DNA of 60,759 nt from Malacoraja senta (taxonomy: Eukaryota). The notes beneath the pieces are model-generated. The model was given only the letters and a program-made list of their open reading frames with translations, did not search any database and was not told the origin of the DNA. Below, in pieces: positions 1 to 12,379 of the stretch. Location of the stretch: assembly GCA_038087875.1 (NCBI GenBank), contig JAXLNO010001148.1, positions 127,242-188,000 on the forward strand. The letters run 5' to 3'. How positions within the stretch are numbered: position 1 is the first letter of the stretch; every line of letters begins with the position of its first letter. The position numbers and the translations under genes were made by a program.

Positions 1-1476
1 CAAACAATAATGGTGCAACAATAACAATATATATATATACACACACACGAATATGGTCTCTATATATGTGTATTTGTGAGTATGCGTATATATACACACC
101 CAGATATTTTTATTTCTTGTTTCTTATATTGTTTACAGTGTACTATGTTTACATATTCTGTTGTGCTGCTGCAAGTAAGAATGTCATTGTTCTATCTAGG
201 ACATCTCTATATAACTAAAAGTCTTTGGCTTGTTTGTGCCCACAATGTGTCTCTGTGTGTGTCAATCTGGTTAATTCCTATCTTCTTCCTAATGCTAGGC
301 CACAGCCTTCCTATTTTCACAAATCTTACTCACATTTTTCCCGTGGTGGCGATAAACATCTTCCCGTCACATTTCCTCCTATATTTCCGAAGTTATTAAT
401 CGTTAAATTTTAAAAACAGTCTGATTTCTTCAAACTCTTCCATTTTGGAAACAAAATCTGAGTGACTTCACAATGCACTCGCAAGGCAGGACAGGGCCAC
501 TCCAGGAGGGATGGACACTCCAGTGCTCCAACCCTCCCTCCCCCCTCCCCACCCCCCTCCAGTGCACCAATCACAATGGGCTATCAAGCTGCCGAGTGCC
601 ACACCCCCTGCCCTCTCCCCCCACTGGGTTATTCATGATTAAAGTTTTTTTTTTAAAGCCAAACAGTTTGCGTTGGGGGACGGGTGAGTGCTGGAATATT
701 GCGTTGGGGAGCAGACCCAACGGGTCTGCACTTGGTCTGGTATGACAATAAAACAATATTGACTCTTGAATGTACATAAAGTATCTTTGGATTCTTCTTT
801 GTGTGACACCAAAATTGATAAGTATATTAGGTAATGATAATTGTTGTCTAGGATTACAAAATAATGTTGATCAACCGGAAAGGTATGGAGGTGAGGGGAT
901 GGGAGGTGAGGGGGGGGGGGGGGGGAAGGAATGCCAGTTGAAATCTAACTCAAACAAGTGTGATTTGATGCATTTGGGAAGTCAAATCAGGGCTGGCCAA
1001 ATCTATTGCAGGATTGTAAATGGAGCTGTACCTCGGTGTACAATTACATAGTTCCCTGAAAATGGCATCATAGTTTGATAGGGTAGTGAAGGGAATACAG
1101 TGGCTTGCAAAAGTATTCATACCCCTTGAACTTTTCCACATTTTTTCACGTTACAACCACAAACGTAAATGTATGTTATTGGGATTTTATGTGATAGACC
1201 AACACAAAGTGGTGCATAATTGTGAAGGGGAAGGAAAATCATACATGGTTTTCAAATTTTTTTACAAATAAAAAACTGAAAAGTGTGGCGTGCAAAAGTA
1301 TTCAGCCCCCTTTACTCCGATACTCCTAAATAAAATCAAGTGCAACCAATTGACTTCAGAAGTCACCTAATTAGTAAATAGAGTCCACTTGTGTGTAATC
1401 TAATCTCAGTATAAATACAGCTGTTCTGTGAAGGCCTCAGAGGTTTGTTAGAGAACATTAGTGAACAAACAGCATC

Positions 1477-3053
1477 ATGAAGCCCAAGGAACACACCAGA
1501 CAGTTCAGGGATAAAGCTGTGGAGAAGTTTAAAGCAGGGTTCGGTTATAAAAAAGCTAATTCTAAAATTTTGGATGAAGGCTCCAATACCAACTATAAAT
1601 ATGTGGATTTCAAATATGTTTGAAACATTACACCTAGAAGAGATAAGACTCCTCCTAGCAGGTAAACCAGATCACTTCCACCTGACGTGGTCTGCATTTA
1701 TAGAATTATTATAAACATAGGGTGCAAAAGTACTTTAAAAAAAATAGAGGTCAGGTAAGGGGGGATGATAGTTGAAGAGTTGGTATGTCCCATTAACGTA
1801 ATGCTCATAAAAATATTTGTTTCTCTCTTTTTCCTCTTTCTCTCTCTCTTTCTTTCCTAGGGTCTATTTCTTAACCCTTTTTCTTTTGTTTTTAATTTTG
1901 CTCTTATAGGGTCTTCGTCCTTTTTTGTTGTCACATTTTCTACACTTTCACTTTTTCCTTCACTTTCTTCTTTCTTTCAATCTTTTCCTTTTCTAGTGTA
2001 AAAAATAAATGGAGTACATTAATTGTAAGAAGATATAAATGACAAATACTAATGTATGTGGTTGTAATGTAATGTACTTCTAATAAAATAAAAATTAAAA
2101 AAAAAAAAAAAAACTATCCCAAGCTTTGAACATCTCACGGAGCACTGTTCAATCCATCATCCGAAAATGGAAAGAGTATGGCACAACTGCAAACCTACCA
2201 AGATATGGCCGTCCACCTAAACTGACAGGCCGGGCAAGGAGAGCATTGATTAGAGAAGCAGCCAAGAGGCCCATGGTAACTCTGGAGGAGCTGCAGACAT
2301 CCACAGCTCAGGTGGGAGAATCTGTCCACAGGACAACTATTAGTTGTGCACTCCACAAATCGGGCCTTTATGGAAGAGTGGCAAGAAGAAAGCCATTGTT
2401 GAAAAAAAGCCATAAGTCGTCCCGTTTGCAGTTTGCCACAAGCCATGTGGGGGACACAGCAAACATGTGGAGGAAGGTGCTCTAGTCAGATGAGACCAAA
2501 ATTGAAGTCTTTGGCCTAAATGCAAAACGTTATGTGTGGTGGAAAACTAACACTGCACATCACCCTGAACACACCATCCTCACTGTGAAACATGGTGGTG
2601 CCAGCATCATGCTGTGGGGATGCTTTTCTTCAGCAGGGACAGGGAAGCTGGTCAGAGTTGATGGGAAGATGGATGGAGCCAAATACAGGGCAATCTTGGA
2701 AGAAAACCTGTTAGGGTCTGCAAAAGACTTGAGACTGGGGCGGAGGTTCACCTTCCAGCAGGACAACGACCCTAAACATACAGCCAGAGCTACAATGGAA
2801 TGGTTTAGATCAAAGCATATTCATGTGTTAGAATGGCCCAGTCCAAGTCCAGACCTAAATCCAATTGAGAATCTGACAAGACTTGAAAATTGCTGTTCAC
2901 AGACGCTCTCCATCCAATCTGACTGAGCTTGAGCTATTTTGCAAAGAAGAATGGGCAAAAATGTCAGTCTCTAGATGTGCAAAGCTGGTAGAGACATACC
3001 CCAAAAGACTTGCAGCTGTAATTGCAGCGAAAGCTGGTTCCACAAAGTATTGA
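1477..3053 (+). pseudogene. Tc1 DD34E transposase pseudogene
   Basis: MKPKEH...GFGYKK [L1 insert] LSQALNISRSTV (HTH), GRPPKL, VL*SDETK (W to stop), [24 protein letters not shown]-to-E spacing counted as 34. Has a stop and frameshifts. Confidence 0.9.
1555..2113 (+). mobile_element. L1 3' fragment (ORF2 C-terminus, 3' UTR, poly-A) inserted in Tc1
   Basis: Encodes KLILKFWMKAPIPTINMWISNMFETLHLEEIRLLL, homologous to the end of the 35.4-38.9 kb ORF2. Pyrimidine-rich UTR, A-tail to 2113, inserted in an A-run of Tc1. Confidence 0.88.
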
Positions 3054-3984
3054 CTCAGGGGGGCTGAATACTTTTGCACGCCACACTTTTCAGTTTTTTA
3101 TTTGTAAAAAAATTTGAAAACCATTTGCAAGCCACTGTATATGTCTGAAGAATCGCCTCAATCCAAAACGTCACCCATTCCTTCTCTCCAGAAATATTGC
3201 CGCTGAGTCTCTCTAGCTTTTTATGTCTATCTTCGGTTTAAATTAGCATCTGCTGTTCATTCCTACACAGAGTATATGTTGTGCCTTGTTTCCTCAGCCA
3301 TGGTACTGAGGACTAGGGTTGGGGTGTCATGTTACAGTTGTACAGAATGTTGAACAGGCAACCATTAATCTGTCCAGGGGCTCAGCTGATTTGTTGCACA
3401 ATAGACTCTAATCCAAGGTCTGAACTCTGAAAAGAAAATCAAGAAATTCAAGTTGCCACTCATCCAGGGAATGAATAACAAAACACATCTTAGTTTTGCT
3501 TATCTGGCTTGAGAACTCTTAACTTTGATCTATTTTGCTTCATAGTGTAGTCCCTTTATAAAATGCCCATCCCCAGACATCCTGTGTCCACACTCTTTCC
3601 CAAGGGCACCTCACCTATTTTCAGCTCTGCTCTCAACAAGTATCAATCACATTATCCCTCTATCTATCATCTCTCTCCATCTCACTATATATCTCTCTCT
3701 CTCTATCTCCCTATCTCTCTCCATCTCTCATCCCTCAGCTCTATCTCTCCAAATTGAAATCATTAATCAGTCTGAGAGCACTGTGTGTGACTGAATGACA
3801 TCAGAGCATCAGTCCCCGAGGCATACCACTGGTCACAGGCTTCCTATGTAAAAAAAAACAACCCTGCACTACCATTCTCTGACTCCTACCACCAAGCCAA
3901 CTTTGTGTCCAATTGACTAGCTCACCCTGGATCCCATGTTTTCCAACCTAATGGACCAGCCACCCATGTGGGGCCTTGCTGAAG

Positions 3985-4297
3985 GATGGCATGGTGGCAT
4001 AGTCGTAAGGCTACTGCTTTACAGTGCCAGAGATCTGGGTTCAATCCTGACTACAAGTGCTTTTCTATATGGAGTTTGTACGTTCTCCCCGTGACCTGCG
4101 TAGGTTTTCTCCAAGATCTTCGGTTTCCTCCCACACTCCAAAGACGTACAGGTTTGTACGTTAATTGGCTTGGTATAAAAGGTAAAATTACCCCTAGTGT
4201 GTGTAGGGTAGCGTTAAAATGCGGGGATCGCTGGTCGGTGCAGGCCCGGTGGGCTGTAGGGTCTGTTTCCTCACTGTATCTCTATACTAAACTAAAC
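3985..4297 (+). mobile_element. tRNA-derived SINE (HE1/V-SINE-like)
   Basis: A-box-like TGGCATAGTCG and B-box GGTTCAATCC, conserved core (ggagtttgtacgttctccccgtgacc), CR1-like tail ending in ctaaa repeats. Confidence 0.8.
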
Positions 4298-4539
4298 ATA
4301 GACAACATCTGTCATCCAATCACACACTGGGCAATTTACAAAATTCAATTAACCAACCGACTCGCATGTCTTTGAGATATAGGAGGAACGGAGCATTTGG
4401 TGGAGATCCACGTGTCATAGGGAGAACAAAAAAATGATACACGTTGTACCCGAGATCAGGATTGAATCCAAGTTGCTGTAGCAGAGGGGCACCAATTCTG
4501 CCAGTTGCCTCAATGTACTGCCTTTTAAAAAGAAAATTC

Positions 4540-4823
4540 AAAGCCTGTCCCACTGTACGAGGTAATTCAAGAGTTCTCCCGAGTAAAAAAAAAAATTAAA
4601 CTCGTGGTAAGCACGTAGAATGTACGTAGCGGGTACGTCGGAACCCGGGACGTCTCCTAGCGGCTCGTAACGCTAACGGCAGGTACTCGGGAAACGCGGT
4701 AAGCTCGTGAAGACTCGTGAAGATTTTTCAACATGTTGAAAAAAGTCCACGAGAGCCCAAAGTACCTACGAGGGGAAACTCGGGAGAACTCTTGAATTAG
4801 CTCGTACAGTGGGACAGGGCCTT
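4540..4823. mobile_element. MITE with ~45-bp TIRs (PIF/Harbinger-like)
   Basis: Left CCTGTCCCACTGTACGAGGTAATTCAAGAGTTCTCCCGAGT is the reverse complement of the right end with one mismatch. TTA-like flank, non-coding interior. Confidence 0.75.
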
Positions 4824-4867
4824 TAAGCTGTGTCTGCGTTGTCCATGCACACACTCTCAGGGCAGAA

Positions 4868-5175
4868 TTAGTTTAGTTTAGTTTAGAGATACAGCATGGA
4901 AACAGGCCTTTCGGCCTACCAAGTTTGCCAAGACCAATGATCCCTTTACATTGACACTATCCTACACACACTAGGTACAAATTACAATTTACAAACCAAT
5001 TAACCTACAAACCTGTACGTCTTTGGAGTGTGGGAGGAAACTGGAGCACCCGGAGAAAACCCATGCGTTCACCCAACATACAAACTCCGTGCGGACCATA
5101 CCCATAGTCAGGATCGAACCCTGGTGTCTGGTGCTATAAGGCAGCAACTCTACCGCTGCGCCACCCTGCCGCCCC
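4868..5175 (-). mobile_element. tRNA-derived SINE (HE1/V-SINE-like)
   Basis: Reverse complement of the same SINE family, tail (tttag)n at 4868. Confidence 0.8.
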
Positions 5176-5580
5176 TAAGTATAGATATAGGGAAAGATAC
5201 AGCAGCCTGAAAACCGTGACAACCAGATTCAAGAATAGCCTCTTCTTAGCAAACATCAGGCTCTTCAACACCACACAAAACTAACTTCAGCATCTATGAT
5301 CATCTACAGACTGTTTTTGAATGTACTATGAATTTAGTTTTTTGCACTATTATGATAGTCCAGTATTACAGTTATTAATTTAATGTTATATTGGTTGTTT
5401 TATATTATCTCTGTGTTATTGCAGTTACATGCAGGTGAAGCTGCAGCAAGTAAGAATTTTGTTGTTCTATTGTTGATACATATGACAATTAAACGACTCT
5501 TACCTCACATTTGATTTTGGGTAAAGCTCACTCCATATTACCCCCACCATACACTCAGGAAAGTACAAGGAACAAGTACA

Positions 5581-7665
5581 TGTTTAAGAAAGAACTGCAG
5601 ATGCTGGAAAAATCCAAGGTAGACAAAAATGCTGGAGAAACTCAGCGGCGAGGCAGCATCTATTAGGTATGTTACAATACTTACCTTCAGTCGCGCTGTA
5701 ATTCTGCCACTGGCCGTGTGCGCGATTTTGGCGCCTTTAAGGGGGGGCGGGATTAAAACGCGGGTTTCTCCTCCCTTGTCCTAGTTAATATTGTGTTGGA
5801 GTACAAGCGTTGGCTGATGAATCGTTCCTAGTGGCGATTTGTGAATTTTTTATTTTTATTAAATCGTCAATGTCAGCGCTACAATAATTTTAAAATCAGC
5901 TCCTGAAGCGTCAACGCCGATAACGGGGACGGATTTCACGCATGGGACAGGTAAACGAAAGTGCTTTCTTTAAATGTATAAAAGTGCTTCTTAAGAAGCC
6001 TTTAATTCACATTTTCTCATGCGACACGGTGATTTTATTCCCCGAATTAACGGCAGTATTTTTCATGCCAATACGGGGTTGAATTCACCGCAAATCAACG
6101 TTCCAAAAGATCGCGTTCCAGAAAACCTCACTCACAAGATGAATTAAATCCCCATTAATTTACAGGTATTAAACATTCAATTCCTTCCATTTGGCCTGTA
6201 AATTCATGAAAATTAGATTTAAAAATTATGTTATATTGTGAATTATTGTGTGAATGTTATTTGGACACTTGGGCTATTTAAAAATGTTAATCTATTCTTA
6301 AGAAATTGATAGATGTTTAGATCTAGTAATTGAATTTTGTAATTAGCTACAATTAGGTAACTAACTAATTATATGCTTTACTTTCATGTCTTCGAAGTAA
6401 GATTGTTTCATATTTGTTTCAGAATGCTTCAATCTATAATAACTGAAAATTTCTTTCAGTTATCATAATTTTTAAGAAAGTTATGGGCTTTTAACTGTTC
6501 TCGATCACAGCTTTTGTGTTAAGTCAATGGAAAAGCAATAGGGAACTAGATGCTAATTTCTGAGTATGATAATGGCCATAATTTTATTAATACTGAAGAT
6601 ATGAAAGTGAATTAAGTGTCAAATTAAACTTCTTTTTATGCTTTATCTGATGGGATAAATTGCAGACTTTATTTTTTAAATCTCAAAATTTGTAACATTG
6701 CTACATCTATGGAGCAAAGGAATAGGTGATGTTTTGGGTCAAAACCCTTCTTCAGACTGATATGGGGGTGGGGGGCAGGAAGAAGAAAGGAAGAGGTGGA
6801 GATAGTAGGCTGTGGGAGAGCTTCGAAGGTGAGGGGAAGGAGGGAGAAAGCAAAGACTACCTGAAAATGGTGGTCAATGTTCATACCGCTGGGCTGTAAA
6901 CTACCCAAGCGAAAAATGATATGCTGCTCCTCCAATTTGCAGAGGGTCTTACTCTGGCCGTGGAGGAGACCCAGGACAGAAAGGTCGGACTCTGAATGGG
7001 AGGGGGAGTTGAAGTTGCTGAGCCACCGCGAGATCAGGTTGGTTAATGCGGACTGAGCGGATGTGTTGGGCGAAGCGATCGCCAAGCCTGCGCTTGGTCT
7101 CACCGATGTAGAGCAGTTGACACCTAGAGCAGCGGATGCAATAGATGAGGTTGGAGGAGGGGCAGGTGAACCTCTGCCTCACCTGGAAAGACTGCTTAGA
7201 TCCTTGGATGGAGTCAAGGGGGGAGATAAAGCGACAAGTGTAGCATTTCCTGCGGTTGCAAGGGAAAGTGCCGGGGAGGGGAAGGTTAGGGAACGGGGCT
7301 TCTTCTCTTCGACTATAGATGAGGCTCTCACCAGGGTCTCTTCTATATCTCGTTGCTCCGCTCTCACTCCCCATCCCTCCACTCGTGACAAGTCCCCCTT
7401 GTCCTCACATTCCACCCTACCAGCCGTCACATACAACAGATAATCCTCCGACATATTCGCCTCCTCCAACGGGATCCCATCACTGGCCACATCTTCTCAT
7501 CTTCTCCTCTTTCAGCTTTCTGCAGAGACTGCTCCCTCTGTAACTCCCTGGTCAATTTGTCCCTTCCCACCGAAACCACCCTCTCCCCTGGTACTTTCCC
7601 TTGCAACTGCAGGAAATGCTACACTTGTCGTTTTACCTCCCCCCTTGACTCCATCCAAGGACCTA
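5581..7665. mobile_element. Penelope-like element 3' part with 5' inversion (antisense pLTR + GIY-YIG, then a sense segment), interrupted by a TIR element
   Basis: Minus ORF 6949-7374 reads FPCNRRKCYTC...NLIYCIRCSRCQLLYIGETKRRLGDRF (Zn-finger linker plus GIY-YIG). About 7295-7665 is a + strand upstream segment overlapping ~85 bp as an inverted repeat. Confidence 0.85.
5664..6703. mobile_element. Non-autonomous TIR transposon (hAT-like) with a 7-bp TSD
   Basis: Ends TAGGTATGTTACAA / TTGTAACATTGCTA. CATCTAT is duplicated at 5657-5663 and 6704-6710, and removing the insert restores the PLE pLTR (gcagcatctatggagc). Confidence 0.75.
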
Positions 7666-8479
7666 GGCATGCCATGCTATCCAAACAGATTAGATATACT
7701 ATACATAGATATAATCAATTCAAAGGGGAATAATATCATGCAGCATAACGGTCTCAGCATTGTAGCGCATCAGTTCCAGTGCGAAAGACCAATGATCTCG
7801 GTGGATAGAGGTAAATCATACTTACCATAACCTACAGAAAAACTGTTCAGAAGCCAGATAACAGAGGGGAAGAAGCTGTCGCTGAGGCTGGTGGTACGCG
7901 TCTTCAATCTTCTGCACCTTCTGCCAGAAAGGAGCCAAACCTATCCATGCCTTTCATAATTTTACATACTTCTATCAGGGCTTCCCTCAACTATTTGGAG
8001 CAGGGAACCAATGTAAGGACTCAGTTTTGGCAATGATACAAAAATAGATGAAATGGCACGGTTTAATGAGGAAAGTATGATTTTACAACAGGATATAGAT
8101 AGCTTGAGTGATTAGTCAAAACGTGGCTAATGTGTTTAATGTGGGAAACTGAGGTCATGCTGAAGATAGACACAACATGCTGGGGTAACTCAGCAGGACA
8201 GGCAGCATCTCTGGATAGAAGGAATGGGTGACGTTTCAGGTCGAGACCCATTTTCAGACTGCAGAACTCTCATTGGAGAGAGGAGGAGAACTTCTTCAAA
8301 GTAGGCATACCTTGAGGAGATTTCTCAGTGGAGCTGCCAAATTGTGTAGGAAGGAACTGCAAATGCTGCTTCACACTGAAGATAGACACAAAATGCTGGA
8401 TTAACTTAGCAGGACAAGCAGCATCTCTAGGTAGAATTGGTGATGTTTCGAGTCATGCTCTTTGGCATAAGGAATCAAG

Positions 8480-9200
8480 TCAGCTTGCCCCAATCAGTAT
8501 CAATGGTGCCAAAGTAGAAATGGTTGAGAGTAAATATTATCAACGAACCTTGATGGACCAACCACATTGAAGAGACAGCCAAGAAGGCACACCAATGCCT
8601 CCATTTCCTCAGACGACTGAGGAAATTTGGTATGTGTCCAATGACTCTTACCAACTTCCATAGATGCACCATAGAAAGCATATAATCAGGTTATGTCACA
8701 GCTTGTTTTCAGAATAGCTCTGCCCAAGACCACAAGATATTGCAGAGAGGTATGGATGTAGCACAGTCCATCACACAGACCAGACTGCCCATCATTGTCT
8801 CCATTTACACTTCCTGCCTCTTCAGGAAGACAGCCAACATAGTCAAAGACCTTTCTCACACTAGTGATTCCTTTTTTCTCCACTTCCATCAGGCAGAAGA
8901 TGCAGAGCTTAAAGGTGTCGAGCACCAGACACAGGAACAGCTTCTTCTCTATTATCAGGCTTTTGAATGTTCCATGTGCCAGGACCTATTCCCAATTCTC
9001 CTTTACCTCAATATGGCCATTGGATTTTGTCTCTGGAACTGTTATACAATAATGTTGAGAGCTATATTCTTCACTCTGTATCTTATCCTTCAGTCTGCCT
9101 ATTGTACTTGCGTTTGGCTTGATAGTATTTATGTATACAACAGCAAAAACAATGCTTTTCACCGTACCTTGGTACACATCACAATAACAAACCTCAAGCT
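8480..9200 (+). mobile_element. Rex1/Babar-type LINE 3' fragment, degenerate
   Basis: Resembles the RT C-terminal region of the 59.5-60.5 kb element (atcaatggtgcc...gtagaaatggttgagag), with the characteristic tail tttcaccgtaccttggtacac. Confidence 0.6.
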
Positions 9201-9952
9201 AAAGCTTACATGGTGGAATATTGTCTAAATGGAGAGAGACTGTAACTGAGTGTAGTTCAGATGGGATCTTGGTAATCAAGTGCATGCATCAAATTAAGTT
9301 AGTAGCAGGCCCAGTAACCAATGGAAAAAATGCAGTTTTTACTGCAAAGGGGATGGAATTTAATAACAGGGAAGTTATATTGGAATTATGCAGGATGATA
9401 GTGAGTCAATAACTAGAAAACTGCACACAGTTTAACATTAAAAAGGGTATAGGAGCATTGGATGCAGACCAGGTGAAATTCACCAAACTAAGTCAAGAGA
9501 TGAAAAGGTTGTCCCATCAAGAGCGGTAAACACTTTAGGTCTGCATTCCTTGGAGTGTAGAAAGTGATGAGTGACCTTATTCACACATGCAATATCTTAA
9601 CGGGCTTTTCATGATAGATGTTGAGATGTTTCACTGGTGGGAAAGTCTAAAAACAATGGGAAACAACTACAGAATAAGGGACCAGTTGTTTAAAACTGAG
9701 GTACATAAAAATTACTTCTTTCAGAAGGGTGTGAATCGCTGGAATTCTGTGCCCAGAGGTGGTGGTGGCTAAGGCATTAGATATGCTTATGAACAGATAG
9801 AGAAATCTTTGAAAGATTCAGGCAATTGAGGGTTTTGGGGTGATGGAACAGAGGACGAGTAGTCCACTCCTGCTATTTTTACTTGTGTTGTTGACGATTA
9901 CCCTCATGAATAAAGTTAGAACTTGCAACCAACATTTCAATCAGAGGGGCCT

Positions 9953-10470
9953 CAGAGTGGCACAGCAGTGGAGTTACTTCCTTGCAGTAGCTGTGACTCA
10001 GGTTTGATCCTGACTAAGGGTGCTGTCTGTATCAACTTTGTATGTTCTCTCTGTGACTGCATGGGGTTTCCCCTGGTGCTTCGGTTTCCTCCCAGTTCCA
10101 AAGACCTGCAGGTTTATAGGTTAATTGACATCTGTAAATTGTCCCATGTGTATAGGATGGAACTGTGTAGGCAGCACGGTGATGCAAAGGGGTGGCATGG
10201 AGTGGCAGTGGTAGAGTTGCTACCTTGCAGTGGCAGAGACCCAGGTTTGATCCTGACCATGGATGCTGTTTGTATGGATTTTTTACGTTCTCCCCGTGAC
10301 CTGTGTGGGTTTTCTCTGGGGCTTCCAGCTTCTTCCCACACTCCAAAGACATGCAGGTTTGCAGGTTAATTGGCCCCAAGTGTGTGTAGGATAGTGTTAG
10401 TGTGTGGGGATCACTGGTCAGGGCAGACACAATGGGCCTAAGGACCTGTTTCAAGGCTGTACCTCTAAAC
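9953..10470 (+). mobile_element. Two tandem tRNA-derived SINE copies
   Basis: Two tRNA-like heads (~9953 and ~10190), each with B-box-like ggtttgatcc and the family core. The second has the tail. Confidence 0.7.
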
Positions 10471-11299
10471 CATTTTATTGAATGGTGGGACAAGTTTGGT
10501 GACTATTCTCAGGGGCTGATAGCCTACTACTGTTCTATTTCCTCCTGTTCTTGATAGTTCCCCTCATGGAGGAAACTAGACCTTGGAGGCCAAGGTTTCA
10601 AACTGAGGAGAAAAAAATGTTTTATTTTTATCCCAGATGATAACGAATCGTGGGAATTTTCAACTGCAGAGTGTAGATTCATTACGTTATTGAGAAGGAT
10701 GGATTTGTTTCTTTGGGAAGTTGTGGGTTACTGGTTACAGACTCTTCTGGTCAAGAGTAGATCAGTCATGACGTAATTGAGCTGCAGAATAGTAAGATTA
10801 AACAAGAACTTACCAAGTTTGAAGTTTGATCTTTTAAAAAAAAAATTATGAGGAGTTACGTTGGTGATTACGTGAAGAAGACCCGTCAAGGCGCATGCGC
10901 GTCAATCTTCAAAGCAGCGGTATAAAATCACAGATAACACAATATTTGAAGTAACATATTAAGATGAGCAACATGAGAACTACCATATGACCTTTTTTAT
11001 GAGACGGTTGGGCGTGGCGGGCACGTAATCACCAACGTAACTCCTCATAAAATAAAGATCAAACTTCAAACTTGGTAAGTTCTCGTTTAATCTTACTATT
11101 TTACTTCGGAGACACGTTTGTGACTACGTGAAGGGTTCAAAGCTCTGTGATTTTATGCCACAGATCCAAATCCCGGCTACTCACTGCATTGATTGACTTT
11201 CGATGAGAAACAATCAATAATGCGTTAAACATGAAATGTGAATATCATGCAGTAACAATTGATTTGAATAATCAAAACAACCAGTAACCCCTCTATCCC

Positions 11300-12250
11300 A
11301 GGGGAAACTAAACAGGACTTAATCCTGAATTTGCAAACAGCCTCTCTCCGATCGCCGATGGTAAAATAAAAAAAAAAGAAACATTCATTTGACCACCCGG
11401 CACCTATAAAAATATGGCCGCTGAGAACATCCATCGTCCTAGCCGATGACGTTGCTGCTGCACTAGTGGAAAAAAGGATATATACACTTCAGTGTTAATA
11501 CCTGCCTTAATCAACAATTGCTTTAAACCACATTGAGATAGTCTGCACTAACACTCTCCTGTGTGGCTTCATGTAACTGATAAACAATGCTGTTTCCACA
11601 TTTCTTAAGGTCTTTATAGCTTCAATATAATGAAAATAAATGTGCCATTACACATAAACATGGATCAGTAGGTTATGCTGAAACACAATATTAACAACCC
11701 TGTGACACCTGGCCTGCTCTGCTTAAACAGGACGCAATTATATAACATAACATTCTCTTCAGCAACTTCCATCCTGTCTAGCAGAAGCTTTTGCAAACTC
11801 TGCACTTGCTATGCTGAACCTATGCCAAGAGCATAACCACTTTCATGATTAGTTTGGCAAATTCAGAGACATGACAGGAACACACTGTCGAAGCATCTTG
11901 AGGACCTCACTTACATCCCAGATCGCCATATACCTGGGTTTAGGAGGTTTCGAGTTGAAATTCCTTTCATCAATCCAGCTATGATATGATGAAACTCAAT
12001 AGGATCTTTCCTGGCCCCATCAAAACCATACGATGACAAAGCACTTAAAGCTGTATTAATGGTGCTATAACTGAGCCCCTCATCATCGTAGAGTGTCAAC
12101 AGGAACTCTAAAATATCCACAATACCTGCAGCACTATAGTCAATATTATTTTGTACACAATATTGCTCCCATTTTTTACATAAGTAATATACCCCTTTTG
12201 AGTACTCTTTCTCCAGGCTACAGTGAGCATGTCCACCGTTCACCCAGACA
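11300..12250 (-). pseudogene. DIRS tyrosine recombinase, frameshifted
   Basis: ORF 11911-12243 (KWEQYC...ILEFL...GLSYSTINTALSALS) is an integrase N-terminal domain. The C-terminal box is in 11225-11434, and the HxxR motif is degenerate. Confidence 0.8.
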
Positions 12251-12379
12251 GTCCTTGCTTCAGGTATGGCCTTCTAAAACCTGCAAATTAACAAGTCAAT
12301 ACAATCACATAACAGATGACTTTCCCTTGTTAGCAGATGCTCCAGTCAATTCCTACGCTTGGGAACCATCAAAAAGAGC

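Larger units (their letters stand above)
1098..3137 (+). mobile_element. Tc1-family DNA transposon (IR/DR type), defective, interrupted by an L1 3' fragment
   Basis: TA|CAGTGGCTTGCAAA ... TTGCAAGCCACTG|TA ends. The ~210-bp left IR has a repeated CAAAAGTATTCA DR, and the right IR is internally deleted. Confidence 0.93.

Noticed and set aside
76-413. Hydrophobic ORFs that could be membrane proteins
   Set aside because: AT-rich LINE tail and antisense CR1 debris, with no recognisable domain.
3985-4060. tRNA gene candidates (A/B boxes)
   Set aside because: These are SINE heads without a full cloverleaf, each followed by the SINE core and LINE tail.
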